The notes below the pieces were generated by a model, which saw nothing but the letters and a program-made list of their open reading frames with translations, was not told the DNA's origin and made no database searches. The position numbers and the translations under genes were made by a program. This document shows, piece after piece, positions 44,828 to 57,196 of a stretch of 64,000 nucleotides of DNA. The stretch's first letter is position 1. Each line of letters opens with the position of its first letter. The stretch is from Botryllus schlosseri. Taxonomy: Eukaryota. The stretch is taken from positions 4,774,001 through 4,838,000 of the forward strand of contig CM119379.1 in assembly GCA_051294905.1 (NCBI GenBank), in the 5' to 3' direction.

Positions 44828-46216
44828 CAGTGTTGGGATGACTCGAGTCATGACTTGACTCGAGTCAGACTCGTGTGACTTTTTTCGTGTGACTTGACTT
44901 GACTCGAGTCACTTTGCAAAAAGGACTTGACTTGACTTGACTCGGCGCTCCAAAAATCTGGATTGACTCGTGACTCGGAGCAAAATTTTCGAGTCAATTT
45001 CAAGTCATCAAGTAAACGGTGTCGATTATATGACTGTGTCTTGTGCATGTTCGGAATATTCACGATACGCCAGTGTCATTTGTGAGAGCAACCAGTCATT
45101 GATTGATTGTAAGTTTCACTTATCCTCCATTGTTACATCACAAATAAACTGACCGCAAACGAAATGATCACAGCTTGCGTTTTCGTTACAGTAGTATCTC
45201 AGTAGATTAAATCTAGTAGCAAGAGCAACGTACCGCTGTTCATTGGACGGCCCTGTCCTTACATTGCACAGCGCTCACCTTTACCAACTCTCTTGTATAA
45301 TTTAAATCGAACGAATGTAGTTTATGCGTTTATACTCTCACGGATGTGTAGATAGTTAGTGGATTGTACGACATCATTTTCTTCAACTTCTCGAGGCTTC
45401 GTATTCGACCCTCTATTTTGGCTGATACTAACAGAATACAGCTTGTAGTTCAGAGTCGTCAAACTCAACTGACGTCGCGGGTCGGATTCGAATAGTCAGA
45501 TCACTCGCGGGCCGCACCAGTCAAATGATTCCAAAATATTACCAACTCTTAACACAATATATGCACTTTTTCGCATTCTCAGTATCGGGTGTCAGTGTCA
45601 GCGATTTGCTTCAGACGATGACTAGAAACCACATCTCCGCTGTCGGGTGGTTATAATGTGACCTATGAACATACTCGACATTTGCTATCTTGGAGGAATA
45701 TGTTTTAGAAGTATTTCTTACTACAAATTCGACAAATGTGCTTGATAAAATACACCCATTTTTCAATCTATACTTAGAATTGCTTCGCGGGCCGGGTGAA
45801 ATCATTTGGCCGGCCTTATGTTTGACACCCCTGATGTAGCTATACTGTTACTGTCGTATTTTATTAGCAGTTATACGTGTGCGTGAGCGATACAACGCAT
45901 TGTTACATGTATATTTAACTTATATATTCGTTATTTGATTGATGATAAATGGCCAATAAATCTGCCTACATCACAGCTAGCAAAATGTAATGACTGTAAA
46001 TGATCAGATGATCAGTCATACTTCGAAAATTCAATTTGACTTGAATTGTGACTTGACTCGTGACTTGACTTGACTTGACTCGAGTCACCTCCAAAAAACT
46101 AGTGACTTGACTCGAGTCACCTTCAAAAATCGATTGACTTGACTTGACTCGAGTCAAAATGTGCAATGACTCGAGATGACTCGTGACTCGAAGGTAGTGA
46201 CTTGATCCCAACACTG
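44828..46216. mobile_element. Non-autonomous hAT element with GACTCGAGTC subterminal arrays
   Basis: TIR CAGTGTTGGGAT / ATCCCAACACTG; perfect 8-bp TSD TTACAGAC (44820-44827, 46217-46224). Confidence 0.92.
45451..45833. mobile_element. Degenerate Charlie-like hAT MITE nested in 44828-46216
   Basis: Right end GTTTGACACCCCTG, left end CAGAGTCGTCAAAC, CGCGGGCCG motifs; flanks TTGTAGTT/ATGTAGCT (6 of 8). Confidence 0.55.
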
Positions 46217-48801
46217 TTACAGACTCACATTTGCAGTTACTGTAACGCAGTAATGCAGTTACTTATAACCCCTTCAAGGTTTATTGAAGTATGGACCGCA
46301 AAGGGTATAATTTTGGGTCGACACAATGCCAGAGCAATCTGGTATTATGTAAGTAATATTTGTTGATTTTTAGCCCTATGAGACACATTCGTTTCGAGAC
46401 CAACCACTTCTGCATCGGGGCACATGAAAACGTTAAGTTTTGGCCAAGGAACCGCTTATAAAACACGCAAGCTGCGACAATATCTTGGCCAAAGAAGGAC
46501 CGATGCTGGATGGCCAAACCTTTCGACATGGATATGCTCCGTTGTCGGTACGGAATAGTCCCGTTCTGGCAATTTGAGTAGACAGTAGTTACAGTAGTAC
46601 CACTGCGACAAGCAGAGGAATTTAAGTCACCATAATTTCAAATCGCATGCGTCAGACATGTGTTGTAGAGCTATGTTGGGTATATAATTATGGTGTGCGC
46701 GTTCTGTATGTCATACATGTCCGTAAAATCTTAGCATAGTACAGTAATATTAAAAATGATTTCCTTTTTATGTGTGAGGCTCGGGTCGCGAGATGCCACA
46801 AAATCTCAGACTATGGTGGTAGTCTAAAAAGCTGCTTTACCGTTATTAAACTGTTATGAATTCTGAAGTTAAATTGAGCTAGCGAGCAGAACACACAGTA
46901 TCGTGAGATTATTTGCTCTTCTCATATAGGCTATACTCGCGAGAAAGAAAAATGGGAGATTGAAAAAAATCTGAACACAAGTTGGAGCAACGTATCATAA
47001 GATAGTGAGCTCTAATGTGCTTACTCTAGGGTTTCCATACGTCCGGAATTTCCCGGACATGTCCGGAATTTCACCGTTTAAACTGCGACCGGCGGGAATT
47101 TCTGAAGTATGCCTAAATGTCCGGAATTTTGAAGGTTTGAAGTAAGCTCAAAATATTTTCTTAAATCAGCATAAACAAAATTATTTCGGGGCAGATTTAT
47201 GCTACATGAAATTTTTCTTCGCGCTCCGCGCGATTTAGTATAATATATATATTGATTTCAATATGGGAGACTATACGAACCTCGCAAAAACTGCAATAAA
47301 AAATAAATAAAAATAACTTTCATTTACAAAAGGAAGTCTAATTGTAATCGCAATTACGAGATAACGATTATTCATAGAGTCGGTTTACGCCGTTTGGATG
47401 CTTTATTCAAAGATAGTAGTTCTAAACCTGAGGGTAGTTTGCCTTTATTCTGGAGTTCGCGAAGATGTTTAAACGTAATCAGCTTCCAAAATAGGCCGTG
47501 AGTAAGCAGGCCGTGAGTAAGTTTTGGCAAATGTACGCCCTTTAATTAGTAATAAGCTCATCAAATTTTGAGCTGGGCCACGGAACATTTTCAAATTTGA
47601 AATGGAGTCGCGACCATAAAAGGTTGGAAACCACCCGATGAGCGGTGTTTTACATAGCTCGGTGGTGCAGTGCGCACCGGCATTAGGCTGATAAATAATC
47701 TTATCGGTGTGACATGAACATGACTTAGCGATGTACAATTACGCTCCTTGCGTTTTCTTAGTCATCCTCCTCCACCAGCTTACTGCTCACTCTGATCATG
47801 TGAACGGAGAGAGGATCAAAATTATATAGTAGTATATTGAAGAAGCAATATTGACATAATTCATTCAAATCATTTAATGAGCAGATGCATATAGTAAGAC
47901 CCCGAAAGTTGCACCGATAACCCTACGGTGGGTCCTAGAGCAGTGTTTATTGGGGCGGGAGGGGTCTGAAAAATGTGACTTCGGTGCTGGTTATATACAA
48001 CTTATAGCACACAACCACATACTCCTGAACCGGATCGTGACCACCTCTAGTCGATAGACAAATCTTTGCTGGTATGACGTCATATTGATAACAATGTGCT
48101 CAAACCTCATTTTGAAATCCGCTAGTGGATATAGGACTGCAGAACCGATTTTAAGACGTGGTCATCCAAGCAATAGTAGACGTTCTTGTACGAAACCCAA
48201 CAACTTATTTGGGCCGAGAAGGGTGTTAGTGAAATATAGTTGAAATCAAAACGAGCGAAAATAAATTGCCTTTTTAATGAGACACTTGATAGCTTAAGCT
48301 ACATAGTAACCAATTTGTTTCACATATGAACAAAATGTTGCTAATTATCTTCCTCTTCTTATTGTACAACTGTTTTCGGTTAGTTTGTGCGAATGAAATT
48401 TATTTCACAAAAAAAATACGATTTGAGCTCAAAAAGGTTGAAAAGCACTGCTCTAACGCATTAAAATAACCATTGAACCGACTATCGGATTCGATGCTCA
48501 GTGAAATGATAAGAAAATATCAAAGTAATTGAAAACATTTCGACTATAAAATCAAGAATCTAACCTGATAGTTTTTCATGGAAGCTTCAATCAACGACCA
48601 ATCGATAGTTTGTTCCGCTGTGCGATCAAGCAATATCTTGGTTATCTGAACGAAATTTTCCTTTCATGAAACATGATGTCGTAATCATGACGATGATCCA
48701 TTGTAATGGTTCCCCTTATATTTACAGTAGGCTGCAAAAGCTATCCATTCAAAACATTTCGTTTTCCGTAATGCATCAACCCCGTCGCTTTGATTGGCAT
48801 C

Positions 48802-49545
48802 AGTAGTGTATATGATCGCTCGTGAGCGGCTAATTTTTGCATGGGGTAGTATAGGGCCCGCTGGTGACCTGCCGCGAAACTCGTGTTGGTGACCCCACCC
48901 TTTTGACCCCCCCTTCCGATGGTGACCTGCCATGTGTTCTTATGGGATCTCTGGTGACTCCACCCTTTCAGGTATAGGGCTCGCTCATGACCTGCCGTGA
49001 AAACTCGTGTTTGTGACTCCACCCTTTTCGAGTCCCTATCGCTGATGACCTGCCGTATCGTCCGTGATACCACTCTTTCAGGTATACGTTGTGTCGATGA
49101 CCTGTCTGATAACGTTACGGGTATAGGGATCTCTGGTGAAGTGGTGTTGAATATCAAGTATAGTAAACAGTGACGCCATTACTTAGTATGTATATTCAAA
49201 AATATTATATATGACCGATTTGAGCTATTCCCAACGTTTACGGCGAGTGCGACTTCAATATATCGTTATTCTTATGGGTGCGGCGATGATTCGTACTTTC
49301 GGGCATAGACCGCGGTGGCATGTTAACGTAGTTGATATAGACGCGACATGATAACGTTACAGATATAGGGATCGCTCACACGAAGACGTCGTAGTTCAGG
49401 CATGACAAATGACCGATCGTGTTCTAAGTCTTTTCTCACTTTTGATTGCTACATAACCTGAATAATACTTTCAGATCGGATTATTCGCACCTTCCATACC
49501 GATGTCTCGCACCTACAGAATAGTCTGCTGTTCACAGTCTCGACT
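48802..49545 (+). repeat. Pol-B2 left terminal region (GGTGACCTGCC tandem units, mosaic inner part)
   Basis: Tip resembles Pol-N; 49265-49295 resembles Pol-B1 units; 49340-49375 resembles Pol-N units; 49405-49545 matches the Pol-B1 inner TIR block. Confidence 0.75.
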
Positions 49546-49691
49546 TCACCGCGATAGTGCAATTTTCGCACCGCGATCAGTAGAACAACACCGCGCTAAC
49601 CCAGTTGTCGAATCACATCTTGTGAATGGAAATATTGTATTACAGGGTACAAATAAGCAAACTATTCTTTCAATTCGACAAGTCTAGTTAA

Positions 49692-50315
49692 CTAATCGAT
49701 TTTCAATCTGCCGACACAGTTTTTAACACGAGTGAGTTGATATTTCTTCCCGGGTACGAGCGAGGCTTTGGTCCATTGATCCAACACCACCTCTCCGGTA
49801 TCGTCTTTTAATGTAAAACTGTATAATTTCAACTCCTTTCCGGTGCCAGAATTGACCATCTTCTCCTCTCGAGAAACACAAGTAGCGGCGATCGATACGT
49901 ATTCATCTTTATTCCCGTATACCGATTCACAGGTCAGTAATGGATATTCTTCAGTCGTATGTCTCGATTTTCCATGCGGGGTTACTGACGAAACCCGACC
50001 CAGTAATACAGTCGGTTTGCCAGTAAATTTATCAATTTGGACCCAACCGGATTTGACCATGAGTTTTTTTCGTTTGGAGAATGCTTTCTCAATGTTCCCG
50101 AACAATTCACGATTGAAACACGTGAAAGATATCTCTTCATTATTACCGTCGATGGATATACCTTTGAGATATTGACTAACGCCGCCTCTTTTGGGTGATG
50201 AAACGAATTTGACGCCGACGTGAAAATTTGAAACAGCTCCGACTTGCATACTGTTGACGCTGTTCGATGCCATATCGTTTGGAAAAGTGAGAGTCATCAG
50301 CAAATCAATCGTCAT
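49692..50315 (-). CDS. OB-fold SSB-like protein, Pol-B2 (C-terminal 10 aa lost to a TAG)
   Basis: Close protein match to 28019-28630; likely ATG 50273. Confidence 0.65.
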   Translation of the reverse strand: MTIDLLMTLTFPNDMASNSVNSMQVGAVSNFHVGVKFVSSPKRGGVSQYLKGISIDGNNEEISFTCFNRELFGNIEKAFSKRKKLMVKSGWVQIDKFTGKPTVLLGRVSSVTPHGKSRHTTEEYPLLTCESVYGNKDEYVSIAATCVSREEKMVNSGTGKELKLYSFTLKDDTGEVVLDQWTKASLVPGKKYQLTRVKNCVGRLKID

Positions 50316-50435
50316 TTATAGAATTAACCGCGTGGTATTAAGTGAGTTAACAGTCTTTGTATAACACTGATAATCCGCGCGAATAGACTTGGTTTGAAGT
50401 AGGCTTTACACGAATTCTGTAGGAAATTACACCAT

Positions 50436-50828
50436 TCACAAGTTACAAATGACACAAATGAATTTTCTTCTTACCCAGTCACTTATCAATGTACTGTAGT
50501 GAGTATTCAAGATGTCTGTTGTTAAATCTCTGTACACCGCGATGGTATGAATGTCGCTTTTCATCGCCGCAATGCTTATGACACTCAAAACACCATTCCA
50601 ATCGACGCCGTATGATCGAATCGAGTTAACCAACGCGGTAAAATCGCACTTTCGAACACGGTTCACGTTTTGTCCATGTACATAGAAATCTAGTACTCTG
50701 TGGATGAATTTTTCCATTTCGTTCAAGGCGGAAGTTGTTAAGTTATGATAGTACAGAAGATAATTCTCAATAATAGCGCTAGTTGCCATAACAGATGTCT
50801 GTAACAATAACTGCGAAGAGAACCACAA
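50436..50828 (-). CDS. Hypothetical protein, homolog of 27505-27858
   Basis: MATSAIIENYLLYYHNL...; likely ATG 50789. Confidence 0.7.
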   Translation of the reverse strand: MWFSSQLLLQTSVMATSAIIENYLLYYHNLTTSALNEMEKFIHRVLDFYVHGQNVNRVRKCDFTALVNSIRSYGVDWNGVLSVISIAAMKSDIHTIAVYRDLTTDILNTHYSTLISDWVRRKFICVICNL

Positions 50829-51064
50829 TAAGGTGTGAAACGCCGCGCAGTATCGAGAGGGAAAGGATTGTTACATAATAGAAATAAAAAGCGAGTCACC
50901 TAAGCGCGTGAAAATGAATCCTATAAATGGATATCGCTGCGTGTCGTACTTTATTGATCTGGACATCATCCGCGGGTTGCAACAGTTAGATTGAGCTATA
51001 GAGAACGACGTATTTGGCGAGCTGAGTATATTCAAGAGCGAGTCGACGGTTAACTACTTAATAG

Positions 51065-51423
51065 GTAAGTTATTCGGTACGAATACTTTGATTTTTGAAT
51101 ATAATTTGTTATTCGATTATCCTACAGACACAACAAGCGTGGAATTGAAGAATTGTATTGGTGAGTTATTACTGTTCAGAATGATAGGAGCATGATGTAA
51201 CGATTTTGTTGTTGAACAGACAGAGCAAACTCAAGGATTAATAACAACACGCAAGTCTACAGGTAAGTTATCTGTTATATTACTATGTTAGCGACATAGT
51301 TTGACGTGTTACTTGTTTAGTATAAAGACCCAAGGAAGATACCGCCAAAGAAACCGCCTTGTAAGTAACGCTGGTTTAATATTCGAAAGTGTTGAATTTG
51401 ACCCTGTGTTATCGCTTCTACAG
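51065..51423 (+). other. Four-intron/micro-exon cassette upstream of the TP-like ORF, Pol-B2
   Basis: Introns 51065-51127 (63), 51161-51219 (59), 51263-51320 (58), 51361-51423 (63); exons 33/43/40 nt; CAG|ATG at 51424. Confidence 0.75.
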
Positions 51424-51912
51424 ATGAGTCGACGACGTAGAAATCGCGTTCGCGAGGAGGAAGACACACCAACAGAGACAGGCGACCAATATCAAGAAAT
51501 TGTATCCCAGAACTGGCAAGCTATAAAATCATATGTAGTGACTCAGAGTCGGCGCGTGTATAATATCCGAGTCATCGATCGTGAGCTACCAGACGTTTTC
51601 CGCGATATCCAAGCGATATTTTTCTCAGAGTCGACCCGGTTCAAAGTGAATTTCACGTATGGAATCATTTTACATAACATCGAGGCTGGGAGATTTCGGT
51701 ATTTTCATGCGTCGGCGAATATCGATAGTGTATTAGAAGTCCCAGTGGGGATTACATCACTAGCTGAATTCGATGAATTTGTCGAATCTATAAGGTTGGA
51801 AACGGCACTAGATGTGTTACAAGACTCTCGACCAGATACAAAATACAGGGCGGTCTGTCTGGCTAATGTACAGTTTTACGTATACCCCACTGATGGTTTG
51901 TTGATTGGTTGA
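51424..51912 (+). CDS. Stand-alone TP-like ORF, Pol-B2
   Basis: Near-identical to the C-terminal 160 aa of 26336-27043, ending at the same LLIG* codon. Confidence 0.8.
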   Translation: MSRRRRNRVREEEDTPTETGDQYQEIVSQNWQAIKSYVVTQSRRVYNIRVIDRELPDVFRDIQAIFFSESTRFKVNFTYGIILHNIEAGRFRYFHASANIDSVLEVPVGITSLAEFDEFVESIRLETALDVLQDSRPDTKYRAVCLANVQFYVYPTDGLLIG

Positions 51913-52237
51913 GCTGATATCGAAATACCGCCAGGACTTGCACAATCAAGATGTGTCACACCGTGTCTTTTCATGATCTCAATCACTTTCATAGTGACCC
52001 AAGAAAATAATCCTGTCATTGAATTTTATTGAGATGTACTTGTATATATTGTGTGTGGTGTTATTGGGATTTATTTGTACATTTTGATTGTTTAATATGA
52101 TTTTTGTATTGTTTGTTAATGTATCATTTGTTTTCCAGGTGGATAACATTATTTCATATCTCAAGTCGGTTATGTCATTAGATCTAAATAGTTTACATAT
52201 GGAGATTACATTGACGCCGGGATTAAGGGTTTAATGA

Positions 52238-52616
52238 GTAAGTTATTCGGTACGAGTACTTTGATTTATGAATATAATTTGTTATTTGTTTATCCTACAG
52301 ACAAAACAAACATCGAAATTTAAACAAAGAATTGCAGAGGTGAGTTATTACTGTTCAGAACTAGCGAGTGTGATGTAATGATTTTTTTTTGTTTGTTGTT
52401 GAACAGACGGAGCGAACTCGAGGTTCGAGTTGGATACACAAGTCTACTGGTAAGTTATCTGTTATAACACAATTCAGCGGATATAGTTTGATGTGTTGGT
52501 TGTTTATTAAGCATAAAGAATCAAGGAAGACGCCGAAAAAAGAAAATAGATTGTAAGTAAGGCTAGTTTGATGCTCCCTATGTGCTGAATTTGACCGCGT
52601 GTTATCAATTTTACAG
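52238..52616 (+). other. Four-intron/micro-exon cassette upstream of pPolB, Pol-B2
   Basis: Introns 52238-52300 (63), 52340-52406 (67), 52450-52511 (62), 52553-52616 (64); exons 39/43/41 nt; CAG|ATG at 52617. Confidence 0.72.
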
Positions 52617-55600
52617 ATGAGTCGACGCCTGTGGAATCACGAGGATGAGAATGTGCTGTCAGAGATCGACAACCAACAGCAACAAATTACATCTCAGAAC
52701 TGGCAAGCGGTGAAATCGTATGTAGTAAACAGTAGCCACGAACACAATACTATCGTCATCAATCGTAAGCGGTCGGATGTTTTCCATGATACACAATCGG
52801 TCTGTCTGATCAACCCGCAGTTATATGTATATCCTACCGATGGCGTGTTGATTGGTTGTGGTGGTATTAAACTACCGACATGGCTTACAAAATCGAAATG
52901 TATCATGACATTTACACGTCGAAAAAATGGTACGAGACTCAAGGTCAATCTGTGTGCTTTTCGCTGTATAGGTCACTCGATAGGTAAAGACACCAAAGCA
53001 ATGGCCCAACAATTCACTTCAGCATATGGTGTAAATGTAGAATCTGGTGTGACTCTTGACATGTTGGACGATATTGAGGATTTGTTTAATGTCGCCATCT
53101 TCGTGTACACCAAAACCGAGGGTAAAGCTAGCGCTCTCCGACGTAGTACGTTTGAAGGGAAACCTGTGTACTTACATTTAGAAAATCGACATTTCTGTTT
53201 AATTACTGATATGAGGCGATATATGGAGAGCTATCGATGTGATGTTTGTCAAAGATTTTTTAATTTACAGTACGAATTGACCAGACACAAATGCGCAACG
53301 GGTCCTGTTGAAGTGTTTCCGGGTGACGTTTATAGCGCTCCTCTGAATATTTTTGAAAAACTCGATCTAGAAGGGGTGTTTGTTCCTAACCAGCTTCGTT
53401 ATTTCAAATACCGTATCGCGTTCGACATAGAGAGCATGTTTGAGAAGTGTGATATTCCAGATTCCTTCAAAACTTCATGGGAGTGCAAACATATTCCCGT
53501 TTCTGTTAGTATCTCTTCTAATGTGGAAGGGTTCTTGGAACCGTATGTAATTGTCTCGAACGGCGACCCAAACGACTTGTGTGCGGAAATGGTTGATCAT
53601 TTTCATGATATTCAAAGTGAGTCATTCAGGTTGTTACAGATGGAATATCAACACTACTTGGACATGCTCGAATGAAATGAAAACGCGCGATCCCGCCGAT
53701 AGAAAAATACCTCTCGAACGTTTGCAAGAGGAGTTTATGCGCTATTTAAAACAAATCCCTGTTGTGTCGTTCAATGGCGGTCGGTATGACATGAACTGTC
53801 TCAAAGAGTACTTGATCGGTTTACTCGTTGATGAAAATCTGAATGTATTGAAACGAGGTAACAACTTCCTCTCTTTGACAACCAAAAGACTAAAATTTTT
53901 GGATATTGTGAATTTTTCGGCACCTGGTTTCTCGTACGATGCTTATTTGAAAGCCTTCAAATGTAGCGCCGCTAAAGGTCATTTTCCGTATGAGTTTCTG
54001 ACTAGCTTAAAAAAGTTGGATTATCCGAGTCTACCCAGCCACAGCGACTTTTACAGCTCGCTAAAAGGTCGTAATATATCCACAACTGAATATGAAAACT
54101 GTTTGAAGGTTTGGAATGATAACAAAATGTCCACTTTACGTGATTATCTCAAATGGTACAACGCAATCGATACTCATTACTTCATTGAGGGGTTAGAAAA
54201 ACAATTCCAATCTTTCAAAAGTCGATTCAGTGTGGATATATTCAAAGAAGCTGTCTCCCTACCCGGGGTTGTATCGAGGCATCTTTTCAATAGCATTCCG
54301 CGTGATTTCACCTTGTTCAATGATAAACACCAGGATCTGGTTTCGCTATTCAGAGACAATTTAGTGGGTGGGCCGTCGGTCATTTTCCATCGATATCAAA
54401 AACAGGGTGAAACTCGAATCAAAGAATTTTTTTATAAGGAAAACGCTCAGATTACCCAACATGTAACAGGGTTGGACAGCAATTCGTTATACCTTTTTGC
54501 CTTGAGTGAACCTAGTCCAACTGGTTTCCCGGTACATTGGCAACCACTCGATGCTGAGTGTACAAAATTCAAATCTGTCAAGACCGCGCCGAAATGGGGG
54601 GAGACGGCAGCTCAATGGCTAAACAGGTATTCGTATATTAATAATATACATGTCCACCATGCTTTTAATGGACCTGAAATCCGCGTAGGAGCCCGTAATT
54701 ATCCTGCTGATGGGTTTTATCGTAATTCCGCTGGTCAAGGGGTAATCTTGTCTTTTCTTGGGTGCTATTTTCATGCACATTTGTGCAGATTTGGCTGTGA
54801 TGATTTGGAACGTCGAGAACGGACTAAACGTGTTCATGATTATTACAAAAGCCTCAATTACCAAGTCATATGTAAATGGGAATGCGCTGGCGCACAGAGA
54901 AGCAGGAAAACCCTGATATTGTGCGATATCTTAACGGAATTCAACCACAATTGACTCGAACCAAGTCTGTCACCGCGCATAAATTGATGGAGATGTAATG
55001 ACCGGTACTTTCTTTGAATGTTTATCAGTCGATATTTTTACGCCAACGCATTTGCAAAGGAAGTTTGTTGAACTATGTCCGATATTCAAAAATACGATGG
55101 TGTCTCGCGAACATTTGACAGGTCACATGAAACAGTTCGCCATTGATCATAAATTACTCACCAAACCCACGCGCATGTTGGTTGCTTCATACTGGGGTAA
55201 AAAAAATCTTGTTGACCTCTGACTTGACCAAGTGGTATGTAGAGCACGGGTTGATTATATCCAAAATTCATGAGGCTGTCGAATTCACAAAAAAGACCTG
55301 TTTTGGCAACTTTGCGAAAAATGTCTCAGGCTGTCGACGAGCTGGGGACCGCGACCCTAACCTGGAGATTATTGCCCTGACACAAAAATTAGCCGGAAAT
55401 AGTAGCTATGGCCGCGTCTTAATGAACCCGCGTAAATTCAAACGTACCTCCTACTGCGATAAAAGTGAATTGGGCGCCAACGTGAAGGATCGTTTTTTCG
55501 TGAAACATGACGAATTGCACGCTGATCTATTTGAAATAACGAAGCGACTTAAAACGATCAAGTGGGGTAACTGTATTCAAGTAGGATTCTGGGTTCATAA

Positions 55601-56201
55601 CAATGCTAAGCTCAAGATGTTGTCCTTTTTTTATGACTGCTTGTGTAAATATTTCCGTGACGAGTGCTTCATGCTATTAATGATGGACACAGACTCCCTC
55701 TATCTCTCGCACTCAGCCTCATTCGACGATATTCTTATCCCCGAGAAAAGAGATGAATTTTATCTTGAATACGAGAACTGGTTTCCACGCTATTTTTGCG
55801 ATGAGCACCGAACTGAGTTTTTGACTGATCCGGTTTCTTTTGACCGATCATGACAGTGTTGCAAAGACACGTATGCGTATTACCTTCGTCAACCGGGTTT
55901 CATGAAAGTGGAGTCCGAAGGTGGTACATCTTTCTGTGGTCTCCAATCCAAAAATTACTTTTGCGATGGACCAAAGAAAAAATTAGCTTCCAAAGGCCTC
56001 CAGAAAGCCAATCAAATCGATTTCAAAACTTTTCTGGGTGTCTTGACATCTAAGGAAGCTAAGGGGGGAGTGAACAAAGGGTTTCGGTGTAGAGATGGGG
56101 GTGTCTATACGTACAAACAACAGCGTAAAACATTTTCCTATTTCTATGCCAAACGCCGAGTGCTCGAGGATGGTGTGTCAACCCTACCATTAAATGTGTA
56201 A
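52617..56201 (+). pseudogene. pPolB, Pol-B2 (about 4 frameshifts plus a CGA>TGA)
   Basis: Five ORF pieces collinear with the Pol-B1 pPolB; breaks near 53673, 54887, 54996, 55200 and TGA at 55851. Confidence 0.95.
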
Positions 56202-56547
56202 TTGGATATTTTGTGTGTTATTGCATTTTATTTGTATATTCTGTATGTTTGATTTTATTTTGATTTATTACTTGTTTATATGTTTGATTTACTTGTGTGT
56301 GGTAACGTGTCATTTGTTTGCCAGATGGATAACACTATTTCATATCTAAAGTCTGTCATGTCAATAGATTTACATAGTTTACATATAGATGATTACATTG
56401 GAGCCAGTGATGAGCGGAGTCTGCTTTTCGAGACTCCGAGTCCCTCCGACAACTTTGGTCTCTGAGGCAAAGTCCCTCCGACTCCGGGGATCTCAATCCC
56501 AGACTCCGAGATAACCCGAAGAATCTTGTCCAGTCCCCGAAATATAT

Positions 56548-57196
56548 TCAGACCATTGTCGAAGAATCCCAATCGATGTTTTCGATAGCCTGTCTGATAT
56601 TCATACCAGTTTTTTTAATATCCGTGAATTGCCGAACAGTCGCAACATTACTTCTGAGAGTCAAGTTCTCTCCAACAAAATGGACAGTCAAGCTAATGGA
56701 ACTGCGACCCTTTAGATCGGTCCACATATCTGTGGTGATGCCAGCCAGCCCATAACACTTGATAGCAACTCTTAGTTCCTCTGACAGCTTCTGCTTCAAA
56801 GATGAAGCCTCCTCATCGAACTTACGTTACACCGTAAATCTGGATGGCAAAACGTCTTCTGCACAACACCACGGCAAACCGGCACTTCTTCGGTATTCTC
56901 CAGAATCTCAACCCGGCGATCAGTGTTCCCCATGATCACCTTCTCCTTTAATTACTAGCTTACTTGCATTTCAACTGCGATCAATTCTTCTTACAAGCTT
57001 CGATATGTCTTCGAAGATGCGACGTACCACTTGTCAACTTGTGATGCTTTAGCTGAACATTGCAATTTTGACATCTCGCAAACCCAGTATACTGGCCGTT
57101 ATTATCATGCAGCATCAGAGTTAAATCCTTCCACACGTCACTCTTTTTCTGCGTCTTAGTGAGTAACCCACTTGACGTCGACGGTGCTTCAGCCAT
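56548..57196 (-). pseudogene. hAT transposase remnant (BED finger plus first catalytic region)
   Basis: SDVWKD...ARCQNC...GTSHLRRH (BED); LPSRFTV; TTDMWTD...SLTVHFV (first catalytic Asp); C-terminal half missing. Confidence 0.88.

Noticed and set aside
47027-48450. Scattered transposon-end fragments (TAGGGTTTCCATACGTCCGG at about 47027; AAAAGGTTG...CACTG-like ends at about 47620 and 48450)
   Set aside because: No matching partner ends or TSDs could be established, so boundaries are not supportable.
48560-48801. Coding-like minus-strand stretch at the Pol-B2 insertion site
   Set aside because: Multiple stops and no recognisable motif; cannot be tied to the other remnants.
52168-52203. A fifth, 36-nt intron (GTTATG...GAG) upstream of the pPolB cassette
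   Set aside because: Much shorter than the other introns, with a weak donor; the paralogous copy at 56355-56390 reads through as open sequence.
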